From: Thermoleophilaceae bacterium
GTDB taxonomy: Bacteria > Actinomycetota > Thermoleophilia > Solirubrobacterales > Thermoleophilaceae
Direction: 5' to 3'
Length of the DNA stretch: 64,000 nucleotides
NCBI GenBank assembly: GCA_040881635.1
Contig: JBBECV010000008.1
Location: forward strand, 596 to 64,595
Position numbers and translations under genes: made by a program. The notes beneath the pieces were generated by a model. That model was not told the DNA's origin and made no database searches. It saw only the letters and a list, made by a program, of their open reading frames with translations. This document shows positions 51,075 to 59,848 of the stretch, piece after piece; position 1 is the first letter of the stretch; each line of letters opens with the position of its first letter.

Positions 51075-52422
51075 GGCTTCCCCGAACGGCGCCGCGCGCG
51101 AAGGCCCAGACCCGCGCCACGTCTGTCCGGCGTGGCCGCAGCTCGGGAATGCTCACAGTCGAGTTCGCCAGGAGCACCGCAATCCCCAGCAGGAAGACCG
51201 TGAGGTAGAGCCCGGAGGAGACGACGGCGGCGCCGATCATGCCCTCCTCGCGCACGGCCAGGAAGTAGAGCGGCAGGCTGACGATCAGCACCGCCCCTTG
51301 GATGAGCGTCGTGGTCCCCGGCCGCTGCAGCGTCGTGATGATGTACAGCGACACCACCGACCAGCATGTGAGCGCCACGGTCCCCGGCAATAGCAGCGCC
51401 AGCGGCAGCGCCGCGTCCGCGAAGTCAGCGCCGAAGACGAGCGGAATCATGGGAAATGCCAGGGCGCCGATCACCACTGCGGCTGGCACCAGGACGGTCA
51501 ACAGCAGGCGCACCAAGTCGGCGGCGAGCCGGCCAGCCTCGTCCCGCGGCAGCGAGCCCAGCGGGGCTGCGCTTGCACCGTACACCGCCTGCCCCAGCAG
51601 GGAGATCCGCTCGGCGATCAACGACGACAGGGAGTAGATGCCGACGGTCGCGGGCCCCAGGCGGGAATTGAGGAAGAACACGTCGATGCGAAGGAATCCA
51701 TGGTGCGCCACGGTGCCGAGGTAGCCTCGCAGCCCGAACCCGAAGACCTGGTGCAGGTCCCCCCGGCTGGGCAGCCGCGGCGGCTCGAGCGTTCGCGCGA
51801 TGTACGTCAGGAGCATCGCGGCATACCCCACCGTCGCCGCGAGCCAACCGGCCAGCGTCCAGGCGGGATCGCCGGTGGCGATCGCCGCGACTCCGACCAA
51901 GAACGGCGTGGCGATCGCGTACGCGATCTTCATCCAGGACAGGGCGGGGATGAGCCCGGCGCCGATCAAGAGGGACGCCGACATCTGTCCGAACAGCTGG
52001 GGGCCGACCCCGGCGACGAGCATCAACAGCATCGTCCTGTCAAGCCCTCGCAGGATGTCGGCGGTCCAGAAGGCTTGGAACGGCAGCAGAGCGCAAGCCG
52101 CGACGCAGGTGGCACCGATCCCGAAGGCGAGCGCGATTCCCTGCAGCCGTCCGGCGCTCATCCGCCGGTTCGAGGCATAGGCGACGGTCGCCGCGCTCAT
52201 CCCCAGGTCCCCTGCGATGACGACGAGCGTCGCGACGAGGAACGCCAGGAAGAAGATTCCACGGTTCTCGGGACCCAGCCCCCGAGCGACGAGGATGCTG
52301 AGCACAACCGCCGATATCGCCGTGACGACGTCGGCGCGCGCGCCGAGAAACGTCGCACGGGCGAGGGTGCTGCCGCTCGCGGACGCCGCCTCGGCGGGAT
52401 CGGCCGGTGTCGGAGGTCCCAC
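51067..52422 (-). CDS. wzx: Wzx-like oligosaccharide flippase (MOP superfamily)
   Basis: 451 aa with about 12-14 TM segments. Typical polysaccharide-biosynthesis-protein N-terminus (ATFLGARADVVTAISAVVLSILVARGLGPENRGIF). Confidence 0.7.
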   Translation of the reverse strand: MGPPTPADPAEAASASGSTLARATFLGARADVVTAISAVVLSILVARGLGPENRGIFFLAFLVATLVVIAGDLGMSAATVAYASNRRMSAGRLQGIALAFGIGATCVAACALLPFQAFWTADILRGLDRTMLLMLVAGVGPQLFGQMSASLLIGAGLIPALSWMKIAYAIATPFLVGVAAIATGDPAWTLAGWLAATVGYAAMLLTYIARTLEPPRLPSRGDLHQVFGFGLRGYLGTVAHHGFLRIDVFFLNSRLGPATVGIYSLSSLIAERISLLGQAVYGASAAPLGSLPRDEAGRLAADLVRLLLTVLVPAAVVIGALAFPMIPLVFGADFADAALPLALLLPGTVALTCWSVVSLYIITTLQRPGTTTLIQGAVLIVSLPLYFLAVREEGMIGAAVVSSGLYLTVFLLGIAVLLANSTVSIPELRPRRTDVARVWAFARGAVRGSHV

Positions 52423-53327
52423 GATCGGCTCAGGCTACGGGTAGCGGCGCGTCGATCATGGCCGGAGGGGCGGCTGAGATGATCGCGCGCATCGAGCCGC
52501 GCAACCGAACCCCTCACGCGAACCGCCACCGCGACGTCACGGTCGTCATCACCTGCTTCGACTACGGGCGCTTCCTCGGCGAGTCGGTGGCGAGCGCGCT
52601 CGGGCAGGAGGGCGGATCGCCGCGGGTGGTGGTCGTCGACGACGGCTCGACCGACCCGGGCACGATCGCGGCGCTCGACGAGTTGCCAGCCGGGGTGGCG
52701 CTGATGCGGCGGGAGAACGGCGGTCCGGCGCGGGCGCGGAACACGGGGGCGGCGACGGCCACAACGCCGCTCCTGCTCATGCTCGACGCCGACGACAAGC
52801 TCGCCCCCGGGACGCTCGACGCTCTCAAGGCTCCGCTCGCCACAGATGCAGGGCTCGGCTTCGCCTACGGGCGAACGCAGCTCTTCGGGACGTTGTCGCG
52901 CGAGCTTGCGCTTCCTCCATATGACCCTTACCGGCTGCTCTATCGCTCGCTCGTAAGCGTCACGAGCCTGGTCCGCCGGGAGGCGTTCGAGGCGGTCGGC
53001 GGCTTCGACGCCGACATGCCGGGCTATGAGGACTGGGACCTCTACCTCTCGCTGCTCGAGGCGGGCTGGGAGGGGCGGCGCGTAGATGCCGTCACGCTCC
53101 TCTACCGCCGCCACGGCGCCTCGGTCTTCGAGGGAGACCGTGGGAGCTATCGCACTCGCTGGCGCGCGCTGCGGCGCAAGCATGCTGCGCTCTACGCCCG
53201 CCGCGACGAGATCGCACGACGAACGGACCTCGGTCCGCTGGGGCGCCTGGCCTACCGCGCCTACTGGGGTCCGCGACCGCTGCCGGCCCGCATCGAGCAG
53301 TGGCTCTACTCCTTGCTGCTGCGCTGA
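52407..53327 (+). CDS. Glycosyltransferase family 2
   Basis: VTVVITCFDYGRFLGESVASAL...VVVVDDGSTD...LMLDADD. The start probably lies downstream of 52407, at an ATG at 52458 or 52479. Confidence 0.85.
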   Translation: MSEVPRSAQATGSGASIMAGGAAEMIARIEPRNRTPHANRHRDVTVVITCFDYGRFLGESVASALGQEGGSPRVVVVDDGSTDPGTIAALDELPAGVALMRRENGGPARARNTGAATATTPLLLMLDADDKLAPGTLDALKAPLATDAGLGFAYGRTQLFGTLSRELALPPYDPYRLLYRSLVSVTSLVRREAFEAVGGFDADMPGYEDWDLYLSLLEAGWEGRRVDAVTLLYRRHGASVFEGDRGSYRTRWRALRRKHAALYARRDEIARRTDLGPLGRLAYRAYWGPRPLPARIEQWLYSLLLR

Positions 53328-54580
53328 CCGAACCGCTCGATCGCGACCTCGAACAGCTCGGCCAGGCGGGCGGCGATGGCGGGGTAGCCGTACTGCTCAG
53401 GCGCGGACGTGGGAGCCACCTCCCCGGCGACGATCCGCTCGAGCGCCCTCGCGATCGCGGCGGGATCGTCGACCGGCACCGCGATCCCCGCACCGGCCTC
53501 GCCGACGATGCGCGCCGCCTCGGTGCTTTCCCCCAGAACGAGCACGGGCCTTCCGGCGTGGAGGTACTCGTAGAGCTTGCCGGTCGCCACGCTGAGGCGC
53601 TTGCCGGAAGTCAGCAGCAGCAGGCTGTCGGCGGCCCGCTGCCGCGCAAGGACCTCGGGCCGCGGCAGGGTGCCGAGCAGCTCGACCCGGTCGGCGACGT
53701 CGGGAGCCGTCAGCAGCTCGCGCTCGCCCGCCGTCAACGGGCCGGCGAACGACAGGCGGACCGTCGCCGCAAGCCGCGGGGAGTCGCGATCGAGTAGCCG
53801 CAGCGCCTCGACCACGGGTCCTGGGTCGTGCTCACTCGACCCCATCCGACCGGAGTGGAGCACCCTGTGCACCCCTGGCTCGGGCCGGAAGCTGGGCGCG
53901 TCGGCGAGCGCCGGATCCTCGGGGTCGTAGCCGTTGGTGATCGTCCAGGCGTCCACGCCGAACCGCTCGCGCATGTCGGCGGCGATCGGCTCGGTCACCG
54001 CGCAGACGCCGTCGGCACGGTTGACGACCTGTCGCTCCAACCAGCGGTCCAGCGCCCACTGTGGAGACGTCGGCCAATCCCGCAGCGACTCGAATCCCCA
54101 GCCGTCGCGGAAGTCAGCCACCCAGGGGAGGCCGCGGCGGGCGAGCGCGAGACCGACCAGATGCAGCGACTCGGGGCCCGACGTCGTCAGCACCGCGTCG
54201 AACCGGCGCCCGCGGACGAGGCGAAGCGCCGCGCCGAGCACGAACGGCGCCCAGGTCAGCGCCGCGACGTCGGGCACGACGACTCGCGCCGGCCAGCTCA
54301 CGCCGGCGTCGTAGTCGGCGGCGATACTGCCGTCGGATCCGGTCCACGCCCGCAGCTGACCACGCCGCCAGTTCAGCGCCGAGTCCATCAGGTCCGCCGT
54401 GCGCAGCACCGTCGTCGCCGGCTCCCCCGCGACGTCAGAGCGGCCCCAGGCCCGCGAGGTCAGGATCGTGGCGCGATGCCCGAGGCGCTCCAGGTACTTG
54501 GCCAGCCCGGCCGGCCGCCGCGCCGCGACCATGTCGCTCGGCGGATAGAAGTGCGTGATGAGGAGAATGTCGCGGCCCAT
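53306..54580 (-). CDS. Glycosyltransferase family 4 (GT-B)
   Basis: 424 aa from the ATG at 54580. ILLITHFYPPSDMVAARRPAGLAKYLERLGH ... KLYEYLHAGRPVLVLG. Confidence 0.75.
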   Translation of the reverse strand: MGRDILLITHFYPPSDMVAARRPAGLAKYLERLGHRATILTSRAWGRSDVAGEPATTVLRTADLMDSALNWRRGQLRAWTGSDGSIAADYDAGVSWPARVVVPDVAALTWAPFVLGAALRLVRGRRFDAVLTTSGPESLHLVGLALARRGLPWVADFRDGWGFESLRDWPTSPQWALDRWLERQVVNRADGVCAVTEPIAADMRERFGVDAWTITNGYDPEDPALADAPSFRPEPGVHRVLHSGRMGSSEHDPGPVVEALRLLDRDSPRLAATVRLSFAGPLTAGERELLTAPDVADRVELLGTLPRPEVLARQRAADSLLLLTSGKRLSVATGKLYEYLHAGRPVLVLGESTEAARIVGEAGAGIAVPVDDPAAIARALERIVAGEVAPTSAPEQYGYPAIAARLAELFEVAIERFGQRSSKE

Positions 54581-55634
54581 GGAGTCGACGCGTAGCCCAT
54601 CACACCCGAGCGCCGATGCGCTCGCCGTCGTGATCGTCACCTGGCGCTGCGCCGACGCGATCGGGCGGACGGTCGCGGCCGTGAGCGACCAGCTCGGGGC
54701 CGACGACCGCCTGGTAGTGGTCGACAACGCCTCCGGCGATGGCACCGCGGAGGCGGCCCAGGCCGCGGCGCCCGCGGCGACGGTGCTGCGGATGGGCGAC
54801 AACCTCGGCTTCGCCGCCGCGTGCCGTGCGGGGGCCGAGGCGGCCGGCACGCCGCTGCTGCTCTTCCTCAATCCGGACGCGGTCCCCGAGCCGGGCGCCG
54901 TCGAGGCGCTGCGCCACACCGCCGCCGAGCGCCCGGACTGGGGTGCGTGGCAGGCAGCCGTCACGCTTCCCGACGGCACGCTCAACACCGGCGGCGGCGT
55001 CGTGCACTTCCTCGGCTTCGCTTGGGCGGGGCGGCTCGGAGAGCCGGTCGAGTCGCTCGGAGACGAGCCACACGAGGTCGGGTTCGCCTCCGGCGCGGCG
55101 CTCGTGGTCCGACGCGAGCTCTGGGACCGGCTCGACGGCTTCGACGACGCCTACTTCATGTACGCCGAGGACGTGGACCTCTCGCTGCGCCTGCGACTGG
55201 CCGGCGCGGGCGTCGGCGTCGTGCCCGCGGCGCGCGTCGTTCACGACTACGACTTCGACAAGGGGGAGCGCAAGTGGCTGCTGCTCGAGCGCAACCGCTG
55301 GTGGACCGTGCTCGCGACCTACCCCCTGCCCGTCCTGCTCGCGATCATGCCCGCCCTCGTCGCCGTGGAGATCCTGCTGCTGCCGGTCGCGGCGGCGGGC
55401 GGATGGCTCCCGAGCAAGCTGCGCGCCCAGCGCGCGGTCCTCGCGTCGCTGCCGCGCACGCTGCGCCGCCGGCGGGCCGTGCAGGCGTCCGCCACCGTCG
55501 CCGCACGAACGTTCGCCGACGCGCTCGTCCCCGAGCTCTCGAACGAGAACCTCGGCGCCGCGGGAAGGTCGCGCGTCGTCGCCCTCGCCCTGCGCGCCTA
55601 CTGGCGCGTCGCCCTCGCCCTGCTGCCGCGCTGA
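54555..55634 (+). CDS. Glycosyltransferase family 2 (rhamnosyltransferase-like)
   Basis: LAVVIVTWRCADAI...LVVVDNASGDGT...GDNLGFAAA...FLNPDAVP...YAEDVDLSLRL. Confidence 0.85.
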   Translation: MMRRMSRPMESTRSPSHPSADALAVVIVTWRCADAIGRTVAAVSDQLGADDRLVVVDNASGDGTAEAAQAAAPAATVLRMGDNLGFAAACRAGAEAAGTPLLLFLNPDAVPEPGAVEALRHTAAERPDWGAWQAAVTLPDGTLNTGGGVVHFLGFAWAGRLGEPVESLGDEPHEVGFASGAALVVRRELWDRLDGFDDAYFMYAEDVDLSLRLRLAGAGVGVVPAARVVHDYDFDKGERKWLLLERNRWWTVLATYPLPVLLAIMPALVAVEILLLPVAAAGGWLPSKLRAQRAVLASLPRTLRRRRAVQASATVAARTFADALVPELSNENLGAAGRSRVVALALRAYWRVALALLPR

Positions 55635-55710
55635 GGGCGGCTGGCGACCCCGCCGTCCGCGAAGCGGCCACAATATGCGACAACACGGTCCCCGCCGTGT
55701 TAGGGGTTCG

Positions 55711-56472
55711 ATGCCTGCCGCGACCTATTCCACCCTCGCAGTGGTGCCCGCCTACAACGAGGCGGCGACCGTGCGTGACGTGATCCGGGAGCTGAGCCGC
55801 GACGCGCCCGACGTCGACGTGCTCGTCGTCGACGACGGCTCGACCGACGCGACCGCCGAGGCGGCACGCGAGGCCGGGGCACGGGTGGTCACGCTGCCCT
55901 TCAACCTCGGGATCGGCGGCGCCGTGCAGACCGGCTTCGCGTTCGCGCTCGACAACGGCTACGAGCGCATGGTGCAGGTCGACGGCGACGGCCAGCACCT
56001 GGCGAGCGAGATCCGGAGGCTGCGGGACGCCATGGACGGCGAACCCGGCATCGACATGGTCTGCGGCTCGCGCTTCCTGCGCGACAACGGCTACCTCGCG
56101 CCGATCAGCCGCCGCACCGGCATCCACATCTTCGCCTTCCTGCTGTCGCGGATCGTCGGGCAGCGCGTGAGCGACCCGACGTCCGGGTTCCGGCTCTACA
56201 ACCGCCGCGCGATCGCGCTGTTCGCACGCGACTACCCGCACGACTATCCCGAGGTCGAGGCCGTGCTGATGGTCCATCACCACCAGCTGCGCATGAGCGA
56301 GGTGGCGGTGAAGATGCTCGAGCGCGGGGGCGGCGTCTCGTCGATCAGCTCCGGCAAGTCGGCGTACTACATGGTCAAGGTGCTGCTGGCGATCTTCGTC
56401 GGGCTGCTTCGCCGCCGGCCCGTGGTCGAGCCGGGCGACGCGTCCCCGACCGCCGCGGCGCACGGGATCTGA
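55711..56472 (+). CDS. Polyprenyl-phosphate glycosyltransferase (GT2, DPM1/GtrB-like)
   Basis: 253 aa from the ATG at 55711. LAVVPAYNEAATV...VLVVDDGSTDAT...VQVDGDGQH...GSRF. Confidence 0.85.
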   Translation: MPAATYSTLAVVPAYNEAATVRDVIRELSRDAPDVDVLVVDDGSTDATAEAAREAGARVVTLPFNLGIGGAVQTGFAFALDNGYERMVQVDGDGQHLASEIRRLRDAMDGEPGIDMVCGSRFLRDNGYLAPISRRTGIHIFAFLLSRIVGQRVSDPTSGFRLYNRRAIALFARDYPHDYPEVEAVLMVHHHQLRMSEVAVKMLERGGGVSSISSGKSAYYMVKVLLAIFVGLLRRRPVVEPGDASPTAAAHGI

Positions 56473-56879
56473 TGGAGCTGCGGATACAGCTCGTCGCGAT
56501 CATCGCGGCGGCCGGCCTGTTCGTCGTGGTGCTCGAGCTCGTCCGTCGCCGGCGGCTGCTCGAGCGCTACGCGCTGCTGTGGCTGTTCAGCGCGCTGGCG
56601 CTGCTCGGGCTCGCGGTCTGGAGCGGACTGCTCGAGCAGATCGCGCGGCTGATCGGGATCATCTATCCGCCGAACGCGCTGTTCCTGATCGCGTTCGGGT
56701 TCGTCCTGCTGCTGCTGCTGCACTTCTCGCTCGCGGTGTCCCGCCTCACCGACCAGACGAAGGTGCTCGCGCAGCGGCTGGCGCTGCTCGAGCAACGCCA
56801 GGGGCGGCCGGATGGCGAGCCTGCCCCGGACGGCGAGGCGCGCGCGAGCGTTGCGGGCCGCAGCGGCGGCGGCGAGTAG
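56472..56879 (+). CDS. DUF2304 small membrane protein
   Basis: 135 aa. LFVVVLELVRRRRLLERYALLWL... It directly follows the GtrB-like GT2 gene, which is the usual genomic partner. Confidence 0.7.
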   Translation: MELRIQLVAIIAAAGLFVVVLELVRRRRLLERYALLWLFSALALLGLAVWSGLLEQIARLIGIIYPPNALFLIAFGFVLLLLLHFSLAVSRLTDQTKVLAQRLALLEQRQGRPDGEPAPDGEARASVAGRSGGGE

Positions 56880-56883
56880 CGGG

Positions 56884-58401
56884 TCAGCCGCGCGTGGGCG
56901 CCCGGCCGGCGGGACGGCGCGCCAGGTCGCGGACGAGCCGGCGCTCGCCGGCGTCGAGCCAGAGCGCGTAGTAGGCCAGCCAGTAGCCCACCGGTGCGGC
57001 GACCGCGACCGCCAGCACGGCGAGCGCGGACTCGGGGTCGAGGGCGAGCCGAACGGCGACCAGCGCTCCGGCGAGCAGCGCGCCGAGCGACCAGGCCGGC
57101 GCGAAGGCGCGCCGCACCAGCTCGCCGACCGGTACGGGCACCGCTCGCAGCGTGGCGCGCATGAGGTACGGGAAGAGGAGCACGTACGGCACCGCGGTGG
57201 CGATCGCGACGCCCTCGATGCCGAGCGGCCCGGCCAGCGCCAGCGCAAGCGCCACCGCAGCGGCGGCGAGCAGCATCGCCCAGCGGGCGAGATAGCGGGC
57301 GGCGCCGGTCGCAACCAGCGTCGCGGCGGCGACTCCGACGACCGCGTTCAGCGTCCAGTGGCTCATCAGGATCGCCATCGCCGTCCCCGCCTCGGCGAAG
57401 CCCGCGCCGAGCCATGCGCCGAGGATCGGACCGGCGAGCACGATGCCGACGACGACCACGGGCATCAGTCCCGCGAGCGAATAGCGGCAGCCTCGCACCA
57501 GCAGCTCGCGCAGCCGCCGCTCGTCGCCGGCCGAGCGGTAGCGGGTCGCGGCCGGCAGGACGGTCACCATCACGGCGCCGTTGAGCGCGCGGATCACGTT
57601 GTGGGCGCGGATCGGGCCCTCGATCAGCCCGACGGCGGCGGGCGAGCGCGCGGCCCCGAGGATCGCGCGCGTGAGCACGTAGACCGCGGCGCTCGACGCC
57701 TCGGCGACCGAGATGTGACCGGCGAGGCCGAGGAAGTCCCTCGCCGCCGCCCGGCTCGCCAGCCGCGGCCGCAGCGTCCACGGCAGCCGCACGGCCCGCG
57801 CCGCCACCACGGATGCGATGCCGACGCCGACCGGAATCGTCGCGCTCGCGCCGACGATCGCCCACAGCGGCGCCCCGGCAAGCGCGAGCGCGAGCACCAG
57901 CGCCGCGTAGGCGGCGATGCCCGTCACCTCGGCGCCCGCCGCGAGCACGAAGCGCGTGCGGGCGCGCAGGGCGTCGCGGTAGACGGTCAGCGGCCAGCCG
58001 GCGAAGGTCGCGACGCCGGCCGCGACGGCGCCGAGTCGCGCCTGGCGCGCGAGGTCCGGGGACAGGTCGAGCGCCGCGGCGAGCGCGACCCCGACCGCCG
58101 CTATGAGGACCCCCGCCACCGCGCCGGCCGCGACGTACATCAGCGCCGACGTCGACAGCGCCGCCGAGCCGTCACGCTCGTCGCCCACGGCCGCCATCGC
58201 ACGCACCGCCGCCCCCGCCGCCCCGTTCTGCACGATCAGCAGATAGCCGGCCAGCGCGTTGATCAGGCCGTATACGCCCAGCTCCGCCAGCGACAGCTTC
58301 CGCGCCAGCACCGTGACGATCGCGAACATCGCGATCAGCCCGGTGACCTGCGCCGCCTGCTGCGCCAGTGAACCGGTCGTCAGCCGGCGCGCCTCGCTCA
58401 T
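56884..58401 (-). CDS. Second Wzx/MOP-type polysaccharide flippase
   Basis: 505 aa with about 14 TM segments. The N-terminus reads GSLAQQAAQVTGLIAMFAIVTVLARKLSLAELGVYGL. Confidence 0.7.
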   Translation of the reverse strand: MSEARRLTTGSLAQQAAQVTGLIAMFAIVTVLARKLSLAELGVYGLINALAGYLLIVQNGAAGAAVRAMAAVGDERDGSAALSTSALMYVAAGAVAGVLIAAVGVALAAALDLSPDLARQARLGAVAAGVATFAGWPLTVYRDALRARTRFVLAAGAEVTGIAAYAALVLALALAGAPLWAIVGASATIPVGVGIASVVAARAVRLPWTLRPRLASRAAARDFLGLAGHISVAEASSAAVYVLTRAILGAARSPAAVGLIEGPIRAHNVIRALNGAVMVTVLPAATRYRSAGDERRLRELLVRGCRYSLAGLMPVVVVGIVLAGPILGAWLGAGFAEAGTAMAILMSHWTLNAVVGVAAATLVATGAARYLARWAMLLAAAAVALALALAGPLGIEGVAIATAVPYVLLFPYLMRATLRAVPVPVGELVRRAFAPAWSLGALLAGALVAVRLALDPESALAVLAVAVAAPVGYWLAYYALWLDAGERRLVRDLARRPAGRAPTRG

Positions 58402-58423
58402 GTCTCCTCTCGACTCGGTCGGC

Positions 58424-58738
58424 TCAACCGAATGCGTACAGGGTCGCCACCGCTAGAGACGCTAGGAAGAGCGCCGGGTAGGCGACTCGGAACACCATCC
58501 AGGGCCGGGCCTTGAGCAAGTCCTTCCATCCCGGCTGCCTCAGCGACTTGTGGATGCCAAAGCGGTGCATCTCAACCTTGGCTCGCGCTCGCAGAACGGC
58601 TTCGGGATCGTCAGCGTCTATTCCCAAGCGATCCATCCAGTCGGCGCGTTCCCGCGAGCTGAAGCTCTGCGGAGCTGCTCTTGCCTCCAGCGCCACGAAT
58701 AGACCGTATCGGAGGGATACGACGCTCATGCCTGCCAC
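58424..58738 (-). CDS. Hypothetical protein with C-terminal membrane anchor
   Basis: 104 aa. The composition is not Arg/Ala-shadow-like. There is a C-terminal TM segment (VFRVAYPALFLASLAVATLYAF). No family recognised. Confidence 0.4.
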   Translation of the reverse strand: MAGMSVVSLRYGLFVALEARAAPQSFSSRERADWMDRLGIDADDPEAVLRARAKVEMHRFGIHKSLRQPGWKDLLKARPWMVFRVAYPALFLASLAVATLYAFG

Positions 58739-58791
58739 CGACGCCCTCGTCCGCCCCGGCGCGACTCGCTCATGGGCGTATCGTCTCGCGA

Positions 58792-59607
58792 GTGACCGCG
58801 ACGCCGTCAGCCGTCCGCAGGGGACCAGGCGCGATTGCCGGTGATGTCCGGCGAAGGGACATCCTCGGCGTGCCCGTCGCGATCGTCGACTACGAGCAGG
58901 CGCTCGCCGTCATCGACGCGATGGTCGAGCGGCGCGAGCGCGGATGGATCTGCGCCGCGCCGGCGATGTCGCTCGTGACGGCACAGGACGATCCGCTGCT
59001 GATGACTGCGCTGACCGACGCCACCCTCACCGTCCCGGACGGGATGCCAGTCGTGTGGGCGGCGAACCTGCTCGGCGAACGGCTCCACGGACGCGTCTAC
59101 GGGCCCGAGCTGATGCGCCGCCACTGCGCCCACGCCGCGGCCCGCGGTCAGCGCGTGTGGCTCTACGGCGGCCACGACGAGCGCGCGCTCGCCGACCTGG
59201 AGGACAACCTGCGTCGCCAGCATCCCGGCATCCCGATCGTCGGCACCTGGTCGCCGCCGCACCGCGACCCGACGCCCGACGAGGACCGCGCGACGGCCGA
59301 GCGGATCAATGCCGCCCGTCCGGACGTCGTGTGGGTCGGCATCGGCATGCCCAAGCAGGAGCGGTGGATGGCGCGCATGCGGCCGCTGCTCAGGGCGCCG
59401 GTGCTGTGCGGCGTCGGCGCGGCGTTCGACTTCCATGCCGATCGGGTATCTCAGGCGCCGCGATGGATGCAGGACAGCGGCCTCGAGTGGGTGCACCGGA
59501 TCGCGCAGGAGCCGCGTCGGCAGCTGCCGCGCTACCTGCGTGCCAACCCGCGCTTCGTGGCCGGCGTCGCCCGCCAGTGGTTGCGCGAGCGCGTTGACCG
59601 CGCATAG
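58792..59607 (+). CDS. WecG/TagA/CpsF-family glycosyltransferase (GT26)
   Basis: ILGVPVAIVDYEQAL...PDGMPVVWAA...VWVGIGMPKQERW...GVGAAFDFHA. The start is uncertain (GTG at 58792 chosen; the ORF opens at 58681). Confidence 0.85.
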   Translation: MTATPSAVRRGPGAIAGDVRRRDILGVPVAIVDYEQALAVIDAMVERRERGWICAAPAMSLVTAQDDPLLMTALTDATLTVPDGMPVVWAANLLGERLHGRVYGPELMRRHCAHAAARGQRVWLYGGHDERALADLEDNLRRQHPGIPIVGTWSPPHRDPTPDEDRATAERINAARPDVVWVGIGMPKQERWMARMRPLLRAPVLCGVGAAFDFHADRVSQAPRWMQDSGLEWVHRIAQEPRRQLPRYLRANPRFVAGVARQWLRERVDRA

Positions 59608-59608
59608 A

Positions 59609-59848
59609 TCGTTCGCCGACGGGCAGCAGAGCGAAGCCTCCCTGAGGGAAATCCTCAGCGTCGGCACCTCAGCCGGAGGCGCCCGCGCCAAGGCGATCGT
59701 CGCCTGGAGCCCGAGCACCCACGAAATCCGCTCCGGGCAGGTCGACGACCGCCCGGATGGCAGGAAGCTGCACATGCAGTCGCTCGGAGCGCTCGCCCAC
59801 ATCTGGGCTGAAAGCGACTCCCCCTTCACCCTCGAGGCATGCCCATAG
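59609..59848 (+). pseudogene. hipA: HipA-family kinase toxin remnant
   Basis: EILSVGTSAGGARAKAIVAWSPSTHEIRSGQ matches the HipA N-domain GS.GGARPKA...EIRSGQ block. It is joined directly to KLHMQSLGALAH, a block that lies far downstream in intact HipA. Only about 80 codons remain and there is no plausible start. Confidence 0.6.
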
